Of a DNA stretch of 64,000 nt, positions 46,773 through 58,657 are shown piece after piece. Each line of letters opens with the position of its first letter. Within the stretch, counting starts at the first letter, position 1. The stretch comes from Chlorokybus atmophyticus (Eukaryota; Plantae; Mesostigma and Chlorokybus algae), in contig RHPI01001831.1 in the NCBI GenBank assembly GCA_009103225.1, forward strand, positions 13,102 through 77,101, given 5' to 3'. Below the pieces are notes generated by a model. The model was given only the letters and a program-made list of their open reading frames with translations, did no database searches and was not told the DNA's origin. Made by a program: the position numbers and the translations under genes.

Positions 46773-49700
46773 TCAAGCCGGCAACGTTTCAATGTCGTTA
46801 GCGCTGAACCGCATGCACTCGTCGTACAGTGCGGAGTTAAGCATCTCCGCGGTGAATGTGTCATCTCGCACCAACGACAGCGCGCTGTGGTAGTATTCGA
46901 TCGCGTCGGCGAGCCTGCCTTGCAGGTGACAGGTGTAGCCGAGTGCAGCGAGCGTGCTGCCGCGCTGCGGAGACAGGCAGAGTGCCTTCTCGTACCACAG
47001 CACAGCCTCTCCATACACCCTGAACACATGTTCACATTCACTGAAGCCTTGTAAGTCTGGGACCGGACCACGACCTTAAGGCTTGCTTGGAAACGACTGT
47101 GATTGTTGGAAATCTACACAGCGAACACGCATGTTACTCACTTGCGCTTGCGCAGTGCGTGCGCAAGGTTGACAATAGTAGCCTCCCAAGCGTCTCCAAG
47201 AGGCAGTGGTGCCAAGCTGAGAGCCCTTCTGAAATATCCTTCCGCTTCAGCAAACCTGATGCATGGCACATGAGCTCCTGCCAAATATGCCGACTGGTAT
47301 TGCAGACTTTCCTCTCAATAGTTGCATTCGGTGAAGCAGCTTCCATGTCTACCGGAAGTGACACTGGCTAAGCTTGCCAGAGAGGGGTTGTGTAATAAGA
47401 TGTGTCAGTGATACAATGACGCTTACTGCTGGTTGCGGAAAGCGAGCACTCCCAGCTCGTTGTAGAGGAGAGGATCGGTCTGGCAGACGGTGTGCGCTTG
47501 GACGAGGTACTGTTCGGCCAGGTTGGCGTTCAGTGTCCTCATGTACTCCATACCGATGCACAGCAGGGGCAAGTGACATCCAGGAAACAATCTGGCTGCT
47601 GTTCGGTACGCCGCCATAGCTTGGTCGCTCTCCTCTTGAGCTACACACAACCAGCCGTGAGTTTGTGTGCCACACCAGTCACATTTGCAATCAACTAGTA
47701 CTTGACACCGAGCTAAGAGCATGCATGCATGCATGCATAAGCTGTCAACACGCCCACCGGCAAAAGCGTGCCCAAAGCCTATCCACGCGGGCAGAAACAT
47801 GGCCTCCAAGGAGGTTGCTTTACTGTCAGCAAACAGACAAATTGAAAACACGGGGTTGCAGTCTCAAAGCACTGGCAGCGCAGAAACATCACATGGGCCA
47901 TAAGCACAGTTTGCTGAAGGAAGCAACGCAATGTACCTAAAGTGCCGTCGCGCAGCTTCAAACTGCTGTGTGCAATAGTAGTAGCAGCCAACTGCAAACC
48001 AAGCTATGGCCCTGCGGCACACATGTTACCATACATACGCTTGCACACTTTTGTTCAGTGGATTGGCTGAACAACTCATTAAACAAGCCCGTGCCTTTTG
48101 GGGTATTCCTGTACAAGTTTGTGCGCTCGCAAAAACAAATCGTTCTTCTGCTTCAGCTCTACGGCGGATGCCAGATGGACTGGCAGGCACATAAGATCAT
48201 ATGGATCCTTCTCAAGGAGCCTGTCATGCCAGTGCCACATCAGTTACCAACACCAAAACAAAGCCAATCGCATACATGTGGATTACGTAGCAGTGTTGCA
48301 ATGCTAGATTCCAGGCACCCCAGGAGTGAGAGAAGTTTTTGCGGCCACTGGCAATAGCTGCAGCCTCAGCTTGTGTGTGGTTACCTTGTGGTGAGTTCGT
48401 AGGATAATTGGTACTGTCCGTTGTGATAGAGATAGTCAGCTTGATACGCAGCAACACAAGGGTTTTCCTTCAGGCTTACGCGCACTCCGCAGCAGTCCAC
48501 CCCAGACTCTAACGTGGATATTTCTGCCTCAAAGCTAGGCTGGTTGTACTGCAGCACAGATGGATGGCATCAACACCAGTGTCCAGATGTTGGTGTGCAC
48601 AACGTTGTCAAGTCCAACACTGCTTCAGCCGCATGGCACTGTGATCTTGCCAGGGACACAAGGATGCAGCCTCACGGGAATGCAATCACACGTTTAAGTC
48701 ATCACTGACCTTTTTCGTTTTGCACTTGTACAATAGCAGCAACCACTGATCCTCCGGTTTGATTGCCAAGGAGTTCAGGAGCTGATGTTCTGCGTATGTG
48801 TTATGATGTAAACACAACATGCAACAGTGCACTTTCGCGAGCAGGATGCGCACCATCCTTGCTGGAGATCATATGATTATTGATGATGTGCTCAAACGCC
48901 TGCAAACAGCAAGAATCATAAATAGTACGAAGACTTGTGTAGCAACGCAGGTCTTGTAAGGAGTGGAGTACACATGTACTCTCTGCCACACCCACACCCA
49001 ACAACAACTGACAACGTTGCTGCTCACCTCATAGCAGTACGGGTCCTTGCTTAGTGCTGCTTTGTAACTGGTGGCACAGCCATGCTTGTAAGCACTCTCA
49101 CCTCAAACTCCCATGAAGCATATTTACGCACGCATGACAGCTGCAATCATACCATTGCAAAGCACGAGGCCGGTTCTCTTGGGAATCGTGAATACGGCCC
49201 TTCAGCAAGAAAGTGACGGCCTCCAGCTGTTAACAAACAATGGATCACACAGCAGGCAGGCTGACTCAGCGGGCCTGTGACAGGCAAAGTGTATCGCACG
49301 TTGATACCGCTGGAAGCTGTGCCTATTGCAAATGTCGGAGATTGAATACTCAAGTCGGCATCCATAGCACCCACACCATTGCTGCTGTCATTGTCAGCCT
49401 CAAGCAGAGTTACCGCCTCATCCCACTCTCGGCAAGCTTCCTGTGAATGTTGCAACACCATCGCAGACTCAAAAACAACAGGCGCTGTCAAGAGACCATA
49501 CATACACGGATTAAGCGCTACACTTTGCGTACAATAAGAGATTATACTGCCGGGCCCAACCCACTTGATACCACTGGGTTGCGTCATGAAGATACAATGT
49601 AGGTAAGTGGCTTGACACCATAGCGCATATATCAATAACGCATATTCTACTTACCAGACACTTGGCAGAAAGGTAGCGAAACAATGGATGGGCAGCAACC

Positions 49701-50356
49701 AGGTCGTGTTGTTGGAGCAAGTGCAGCGCCCGTCGGTACTGGCTGCTTACAAAGTATGCCTGCCAGCGATCGCAACAATTGCACTCTCATGTTAAATAAG
49801 GCGTTGGTTGCAATGCGTCTCAGTGTCTTTCTGTCACGCATGCAGGGTCAAACACTGTTACTTAGTCAGCTGCAGCACCCAATAAGAGGGGGGAGGGGGG
49901 AGGGGGGAGGTATGCTTGCAAGCTACCTAGGTAAAGTACTGCTTGTCTGTGTATTCTCATTAGCATGGTGCTAGGCAACGAATGCTGTGAGCTGGCTGTA
50001 TATGTCCACAGTCATCAATCACCACGACACAGCATGCACAGCTTTTTGTGTATGATTGATGGACGCAAGTACGTATACCACAGCTGTGCATCAATGCACA
50101 CCTTCAAATAGACCTCATAGAATGTACGACGCTTGCTGATCCTTGTTGATTTGCTCCGCTGCGTCAACATGCAGCGCAGCTCTGCACTGCTAATGCAACT
50201 TGGCTGAAGCAGTACCTGAGCGAGCAAATACACATCGCCGGGGTCGGAATGGGATAGTGTCGTGAGCTTGTCTGCGAAGAAGATGGCGGATGAATGCAGG
50301 TGGTGCCCTAAGCAGCTGCGAACAAGCAGGCGCAGCCGCAACAGCATCGCCTCCAT
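46773..50356 (-). CDS. CDC16: Anaphase-promoting complex subunit 6 (TPR protein); about 14 exons
   Basis: SSAIFFADK, YRRALHLL, RYLSAKCL, LLKGRIHD, DPYCYE|AF, KNDLFLRAHKLVQEYP, AWFAVGCYYY, AWIGFGHAFA, ESDQAMAAYRTAARLF.GCHLP.L.IGMEY, NELGV, NLAHALRK, ALGYT.HL.G..AIEYYHSAL. Confidence 0.95.
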
Positions 50357-51424
50357 TGCAGCCGCTTCTTGTTACTAGCCTCTGTTCTATACGTAGTAGG
50401 CTGAAGGAGTAGGTCAAAGTAAGATGCTTGTAAGCCCCTCTCCCCAGCTCATGTTTCCTGTTGAGGTGGCCGAAGCAGCATGCACACAGCGCGATGCCGC
50501 TTAATTAGGAGCAGCGCCAGCAAGCTTCCTTCTGCTCCACACATGCCACCCATTCAGCGCTAACGATCCCTCCAGACCGTTCAATTGTACCTACACCTCC
50601 ACCTTCTGCTCCACCTCCTCTTCCACCTTCTCCGCCGCCGTGCAGCTGTGAGCGGCACCGACGTTTCGCATTTTGCAGCTGGTTGGTTCAGTGCAGGCAT
50701 GCACACTGTGCGGCAGCGCTGACCCGTGCATGCGGGCATCCGTTTCTGTGCAATGCGTTCAGGTTACGCGCAAGCAAAGTACAGCTGTTGGGCGGCGGCA
50801 GCGGCGCTGTGTGGCGCTCGTGGAGGCGAGTGGTGGGGGCTTCAACCTATTGCTCAGAACGTCAACTTCATAGTCGTGGTGGTGGGTTTCAAGGGTGGTG
50901 TGAGTCGTTCTGAGCTGCGGCGAGCAACTTAAAGCGGGCTGTCCAAGTAGCTGGTAGGAGGTAAGACGTGGTCCTTACTTACAAGCAGGTGCAAGCAGTT
51001 GGCATTGTGATCGTTCAGTCACAGTGTATGCGTTTACAATCCGCACCTCGTTGTTTGGCTGTCAATGAAGCTTGTGTTGTCTGAGTCATGCGGCTGCGCT
51101 GCCTTGCATGCCTAGACGCGACTTACGCAGCAGCTGTGTAGAGGTCATTATGAAGGTGTCAGTTGCTGTTCTACATTGAAAACAGGACGGTTTGACTCAT
51201 CGTTCACGCACATTGATTGCAGATTGACGGCGAAGGAAAGGCTCTTCATTATGTTGTCCATTTCAGCTATAGGTGAGAAGTAAAACTGTGCTGGCAAAGG
51301 TGCAGCCCATGTGTTGGAAGCCGCTTGCAACACAGTTGCCACGTTGCATGCTGTAGTGCTGGCCTTTGCTAGCGCATGTAACATGTCTTTGTAAACACTA
51401 TTCTGATTGGATGCATGTCTGCAG

Positions 51425-53137
51425 CTGCCAGGGTGCAAGACGCTGTGACATGGACTTTGTTTAACTTCGCATTCTATCCTTTGTACACATCGCGCGCCGG
51501 GCTTTCTCTCCAGGTACTGCCTTTAGTTTCAAGTGTAAAGTGTTATGCACTGCTTATCACGTCACAGTCACTGACACATGAAGTAGGCAGTTCCCGGCTA
51601 ACATCAACACTTCTGTACAAGGGTAGAACTTTGCATGGCGAATGTACAGCAGCAACAACCCAGCAGCAAAGCACACACTTATCACTACAAACGACACGCA
51701 ACGGTTGCGGGGATGCGATGTGGTGCCAGTGCCTTACTTCTGGGACAATTACGCTTACCTGATTGTGGATCGTGAAACCAGAGAGGTATGGCAGACAGCT
51801 TGTCGCTTGCTATTATAAGCAAACATTCATTGCACCACGACTACAATGTGTCGCAAAACAAAATGACCACAGCGTCATGCAGGCAGCCGCAGTAGACCCG
51901 GCCGATCCCACAGCCATCACCGATGTATGCAATGCGTTAGGGGCGAAGCTGACCACAGTGTTGACAACCCATTTTCATTGGTACGCCACATTCATCAACA
52001 GCTGAGCGCCCAATGTGGCCTTATATTGTCAGACAAAGAAGGAAATTCGGGCCTGGGGTATGCACCTTCACAGGGATCATGCCGGTGGGAACTATGAGCT
52101 TGCCACCAGGCTTCCGGGTGTGACGGTTATCGGCGGCAAAGGCGAAGGGGTGGCTGCTGCTACGCGTGAGCTGACTACAGGAGACACATTGACTATCGGC
52201 GCCAACACAAGGCAGGCCCTAACACAGCAGCACTGTGCAGGCTTGCGACTTGTGTGCATGCTGCCATTGTTTGTTGGCTTTCTCAATCTCAACCTACACA
52301 CGCATAAGTAGTTGCGCTTAACAAATAACTAGTGTGACATTGTGCAGACTAGGCATCATAGAGACGCCTTGCCACACGCCCCACCACGTTATGTTCACCG
52401 TGTCCTCAGCGCCAGCACCCAACAACAGCATTGAGGCTGTGTTCACTGGCGACACGTTGTTCGCTGGTGGCGCAGGAATCTTCTTCCATGGGAACGCCTT
52501 ACAAATGCATGACAATCTGTTTAACCGTATGGCAAGCATTCCTAATGATGCATTTGTCTTCAGCGGGCATGAGTAAGTACGCACCAGCGCAAGCGCTTAC
52601 CTGTGTGTTGAGCAAGCAGCGATGCTGATGCGCTGCGCCAGTACTCACACAGTGATGTAACTGCAGGGTAGCACAGAAGAACTACCGGTTTGCTTGTTGG
52701 ATGGAGCCAGGCAATTCAGTATCCGCCGAGCGTCGTTCTTGGGCAGAAAAGCTGCGAAGTCAACTTAGATATGTTGGTAAGGAGCTTTATGCGATGTGTC
52801 TTTATTAGTGCACTACAACTATATGTATTGAGATTCCATGGCACTTTTACTAACTGTCTTACACTGTGTCTTTACACAACCTGGCAACCCCTTGCCAGGT
52901 CCTACGACCATGGGTGAGGAGAGGCGTAGCAACATCTTCATGCGCTGCAACCAGCTGTCCGTTGCCAAAGCCGTCGCGCTCAAGGCTCAGACAGCCCGTG
53001 ACGCTGGTGCAGTTGCGGCTACATCCGCGGCGGAGCGCGTCGCGTCCATGCTCGCCGATGGCCAAGCGTCCCTTGATCTGGACATCGCCGTGCTGGATGC
53101 GCTGCGCAGGTTGAAGGATGCTGGGAGGTTGTGGTGA
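51425..53137 (+). CDS. Hydroxyacylglutathione hydrolase (glyoxalase II)/PNKD-like metallo-beta-lactamase; further 5' exons probably from ~50750
   Basis: VVPVPYFWDNYAYLIVD, AAAVDP, LTTHFHW|DHAGGN, TPCHT, FTGDTLF.GG.G, SGHE, PTTMGEERRSNIFMR, LRRLKD; upstream exon FYPLYTSRAG resembles the PNKD N-terminal extension. Confidence 0.85.
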
Positions 53138-54112
53138 GCCAGCAGACTATTCTTGTACCTTGCTTTGCTGTTGTCAACAAGATGTAGTAAGTGACTAAAT
53201 CTGTAGGTGCTTTACTGATGGGCAGGTACCACTAGGCAGTACAACACAGGTAGGATGTCAATGAACTATTCGAGAACCATATCTGGAAATACAATTGGCA
53301 TCGTCTTTTTAAACGAATCACGTCGAAGACCGGGGGGAATTGCCAGTGACAAGCACAACCACGAAACATAATCAGTGCAACAGTCCCCAAGAATGCTTCT
53401 CTGAATGTGCGAGTGCATGAACTGTTGATGGGCCCTTTTTTGGGTGCATGCAGACGATAGTCAAAAGCATGCAAGCTCCTCCAATAGCACCGTTAAGCAA
53501 CTTACAAAAGGGTAAATTTCCGACAGGAGTACGTAAAGGGAGTTGTACACTGGGTGTAACAGTGTGGGAGCAAAACGATGTAAACTGACACATTTCCTCC
53601 ATAAGTAATTGCGACTGACGGCACAAAGTACAACGTGCAAATGAAACAAATCCAAACATGAGTCAACAATACTCACAGAACACATATCAGAAATACAAAC
53701 TCCAAGTTTCTCAATCAAATCAGCCACCTTGCTCGCCGCAGACTCTTGCAGAACTTTCAGACGTTAATATGTCATGACAACCGGCAATGTACAAATGACC
53801 ACCGGGATGTCCTTGAAATGGAGAAAAATATTCACAGCACATAATACGCCTGAAACCGATAGCCTGCAGACTGCAATGTAGCAAACACATATCACAATGA
53901 CACAGTTTTTTAACAGTTGTCCACAAAGAAAAACTGCTTTGAAGATAGTAATGGACGAGCCTACACTAACTCATATTCACAAACACTGTCGCAAAACAGC
54001 CTGATACCGTGGCCTTGCAGCCAAAAACGCAGGCCTACACACAAAGTTGCAACTACGCATGCTGTTCAATGACAGCAAATGCCTACAGACTACATGCAGT
54101 AACCCACAACAT

Positions 54113-55098
54113 CTAGAAGAAGCTGAGAGCGCCAGCAACCAGCGCCAGCACAGTGAAGAGCACAAAAGATGGCGCTGCAAATGCGCTGCCATTGCTGCCA
54201 CTGCTGCCAGGAGAAGGAGCAGGAGACCCGCTGGGCGATCCAGCAGGCACGGTGAAGTTGGCCAGGATGTCTGCAAGCACAAGAAGAAACTGAGTTTTTC
54301 CGTCCCCCCATCACGTTAACAAGCAGTCTACAATGCCACACAACACCAGATGCTTACTATCAAGGCTAATCTCGTAAGTGCAGCTGGCAGGGCCAAAGAC
54401 AGCCAGGAAGGCACCATCTTCAAGCTCAGTGGTGGTGCAGTTGCCCTCAGTTTGATTGATGACAGCCTGGCATGCCGGGGCGCAGGAATCGGTCTGGTTG
54501 TAGCAAGCACCGCCCTCAACCAGCCGTGAGCTAGTAAACTCAAACACAGCAGTCTGGCAAGTGGTTGAAAGCACTGCAAAGAGAACATTAGATGAGCAAC
54601 TTACTGCCAACGAAAACCACAACACGAGCAATAGCCGAGAAGCACACGAAACTAAATATGTGCTTTCAAGTAGCTGCAATGTTTTGAAATTACTACTCAC
54701 CAGGCGCAGGTGGGACACAAGAAGGCGAGATGAATTGTGCAATCACGTTGGTGTCGTTGGCGCACAGTTGGCTGCCGGACAAGTAGTAAGATTGGCATGT
54801 TGAGCTGCAGTTTGCAGCAAGAGCCTGGTCGAAGCAGCCAGCATTCAACAGCGCGCCAGTGACCTCCAGGCAGCTTGTGAACACGCCACTTGTGGTCTGT
54901 GCAACGGCATACTGACTGCCTGCAAGCACAACAAACGCCTCACATGAGCATGAGGCAGCAAGCTAAACAATGCGGCAGACACACCGCATATAACGAGCAA
55001 TCTCTCAGCAGACCTGCAGATCACAGTTTACTATGCGCACCTGCTAGCAACAGGACAGCGCTGAGCACCAACATTGGAGCGGAGCTACCACGCGCCAT
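54113..55098 (-). CDS. Secreted Cys-rich, probably GPI-anchored surface protein; 4 exons
   Basis: Exons 55098-55041, 54919-54701, 54573-54358 and ~54273-54113; signal peptide MARGSSAPMLVLSAVLLLAG, two Cys-rich units, PAPSP/Ser-Gly linker, hydrophobic tail FVLFTVLALVAGALSFF*. Confidence 0.8.
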
Positions 55099-57379
55099 TG
55101 CTGGTGCCAAATGCTGCAGAATTAACCAGCAAGTTAGAGCCAGAACGACTGCGTGCATGTCGACCAGCATACATTGAAGTCAGCAGCTTGAAGGAAAGCA
55201 AACAGCGCTGTGCAGCAGCGGCGACATGAGCAAGGTCCAATGCTATATGCGAAACGGCAAGAGCAACGCGCAAGCACTTAATGCGTTCAGAATCAACCCA
55301 TGCCGCAACCAGCCCGTTGGCAGCAGCTGGCCGCACACAAGCTCTTCACGAGACCAAGACACACATGCGGAGCTGCCGTCCCCTGCCGACCTTATGCTCA
55401 CCTCAGGATTCCTGAGTCAGGAAGCGGCGCAGTAGGCAAGCCTTGTCAATGCCACGCACCGGGCAACACCGCAAGCGGCAAAAAGTGTGACACGGCACAG
55501 GCGAGCAACACCACCGACAAAGCCGCCGCAGCTGGCCTCTCACCACCCGCCGCCTCGACACAGAGCTACGAATCCACTCACTGCACTGCCAGCTTGTAAA
55601 CTGACCAGTGGCAAGCATGTATATATACTATCTCCGCCGAGAGTTGCCCGGGTGCGGTGCACGCACCCGCTGCGCTGCGTGCGTCACGAGCAACGTGCGG
55701 CTCTTCGAGCGTGTGCGACTAATGTCGGTTCAACCTAACCAAGCTACAGCGGATATCAACACTGTCAGGCACGTGCTCAACGCGAAATCTGTTGCACCTG
55801 TGCGTTCTAACCGCGTTGCAAACCGCGGGAGCCGTTGCGGGTTTGAACCGAAGCTGCTGCAGCCGTGCGATGTTGAAGCGACGACTTCTGTCTGTTCGAT
55901 GCAAATGCACTAGCGACCCGTTGGCAGGGCAAAGAGCCGTTGCAGATTCGAACCGTGAGGTGGCACCTGCTGTGGCTTGATTAGGTGTGCCGACTGACCG
56001 GCGCGTGCCAATTCACCGGCCGTGGCTGTGCAACGCGTGCAGTGAAGTGTGCTTGTCCCTTTCGTTGCACACTGTAGGTGTCATTGGGGTTAGGGTTGTA
56101 TAGTGAGACATGACGCATGCGGCATGCCTCACATGCCGCTTGAGGCTCACTGCATGCAACGGTCTAATTACATGGAAACAGAGCAAGAGCATCAACTTAC
56201 ATGACGCATCAAGTGATACCATGCGTACCATGAGTCATGGACCATGACAGCAAGGCACTGGCAATGGTTGGCATCGCTAATGCCTTGCTTCATCTTTGCT
56301 TGCCATGTATCGTACAACGATAGGTGGGAACGTTTCAGCGTACTATAACAAAATTGCACATGTAATGTAACGCCTGTAATGCCGTTTAAATCTTTTATTT
56401 CAGCATCTGTCATTCATGAGGCAAACAAGATGCTTCGATAATGTGTTATGCAGTCAAAAGCAAACTTACGGGTACGATATCTACATATATGTTATGCATT
56501 TTTACCGACATGGCCATTACGCAGAGCTTTTATGATAATGTCTTCTCGCTGTTATATTATGTGCTGAAACTTCATGCTTTGGATGTGTTTACACAAGGTG
56601 CAGGCACATACTCAAACTACTTGAAGACAGTGCTCCCTTGTATGTTATTGACCCGTAAAGCTTACGAGCTGTGGGCACCATGTTGAGTCACTTAAGTAAA
56701 CGAAACTAATACAAGCTTATTGTCATTTTGCTATATCAGGCTATGCTGGCGTTTTACAGGCCACACTCTCTTATTAAGAGCATTGCATGCGAACGCGGCA
56801 TGAAGCTTGCATATTTTTTGCATTCAATGCCCTCGCCATTTGCACACAAGGAAAAGTGATAAATAAAGTAAAGTTATGATAAAAAGCGGCTACGTACGGA
56901 GTTCGACAAAAAACCATGCCACAATTTCTGGTGTTTTCACTTTCGGTTAAATCTTTTGTATCGGATATGCCTTTCAAGAAATACCTGCCGTTTTTTATCT
57001 TTCTTAACCAAATTATCGAATGTCATAGCTGTTGTTAAGTCCGATCCAATGAATTCATAACCTTTTGGCTTGAAAACTTAGAGTTTTTAAACTTTTATCG
57101 AAAAATAAAAAAAAAATCATTAAATATGATGTAACACTATCTCAAATTTTGTAGTGTTATACATTTAGCATAAATAAATATAAAGCAAGCAATTGTTTCG
57201 GTTGCGTTTGTATAACGCGTGAGCTTCAAAATTGCACGCTATTTTATGCAATGATGAACTGGTTGCAAATTGATAGTCTATGATTTTGCAATGTCGTGTA
57301 ATGTTCAACCCAAGGGAGCAAGTTATGAACTATACTCACTGAACATGTCTATTGAGTGGGTGATATAAGCTATTAAAGC

Positions 57380-58657
57380 GCCGTTTTGTGTTGTGTTGTG
57401 AGTTGTAATGCCACAGACACATGTTGGTTGAGTGCTGAGAGTGATAATAAGGCTAACACATTAGCGGGTTTCGTACGTGGAAAGGGTGGGGGGAAACAGC
57501 CAGTTAGTGTACGGTTAAGTGTGCATGCGAAGACGGTCAAGGAGCATTTGAAGCAGTCAGTGCTACCGTTAAAGAGTTGCATTGCAAAATTGTTGTGTAC
57601 AAATAAACACTCTACCAGCATATAGCAGCTGTTCATACCATCACTCTATGCTGCATAGCAACTCTACAAGGTGGGTGTATTGCATGCTTTGTTATTCCAA
57701 TCATCATTGTGGCGCCGGGCCACTCAGACAATAATGTGCATCATGCTGCTGCACTGACATTCCATGCACTTTCAACTAGAAGCGTGTGAAGTCCAAGCCA
57801 GCATTAGCGTGCAGGAGGAAGAGGTGCCGCAACAACGGCGACATGGTTGAGCCTTAACTATTAAGGCGATCCAGCGCGCGGTGGTTAGCATCAAGCATGG
57901 CTGCATGTATGTCAGCAGTACGGTGAAGAAGATGGGCATTTCAGACACTACCATGCAAAGATTCATCGCTCAGCCCGATTCCCTCCCCGAATACAAGTCA
58001 GCTCAGGTCTGCAAATGCTGTCATACTTGGTTGGCAAAATACGTTAGCATATTATAATGGTCACAAACTCATGTGCATGTTGCATTGGTTTGCTGGTGCG
58101 CCTCAGGCTTGAGAAATGATGTCATCATTTATTAAAGATGAGGAGGACAACTTTGAAATTGAAATTGTGAGAGCACGCAACATATGGGATCATGTACATG
58201 GCATGTGGACAGAGATTTGCATTGAAGCCTGAAATAGACTTTATGTTATCATCACCAACAAGTTGTTGGTGATGATACAAATTACAAATCCAAGCTATTC
58301 GAAGGGTGGAATACATGGTAAGATTTGGAGATGGTTCGCGGAATTTTTAAGAAATCAGCGGCTGGTCACTACAACGGCAAAAACCCCAGACAAGTTCTTA
58401 AAGTATCCCTCGACAAACTTGTTGTGTATCACTACTTGGAGTTGCTAGCAGAGACAATGAAGAACCAAAGCATGTTACATATCACGCACACGCATGCATG
58501 CACAAGTATACGTATGTATGTCACATAGTTCGACATCACAGTGTACACCTTGATATATGATTAATTGACATACATGTGCGAAGTGGGGCCAATTGTTGCA
58601 AGTGGACGCAAGCTGCCATCACAAGCAACCAAGAGCACATCACACTGATGGGCGCCG
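57380..58657 (+). pseudogene. pogo/Tc5 (DDE_1) transposase relic 2, truncated by an LTR insertion
   Basis: IQRAVVSIKHG..KKMGISDTTMQR (psq-like HTH), WRWFAEFLRNQRLVTTTAKTP (CENP-B-like), NQEHITLMGAVS ending at the LTR. Confidence 0.65.
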
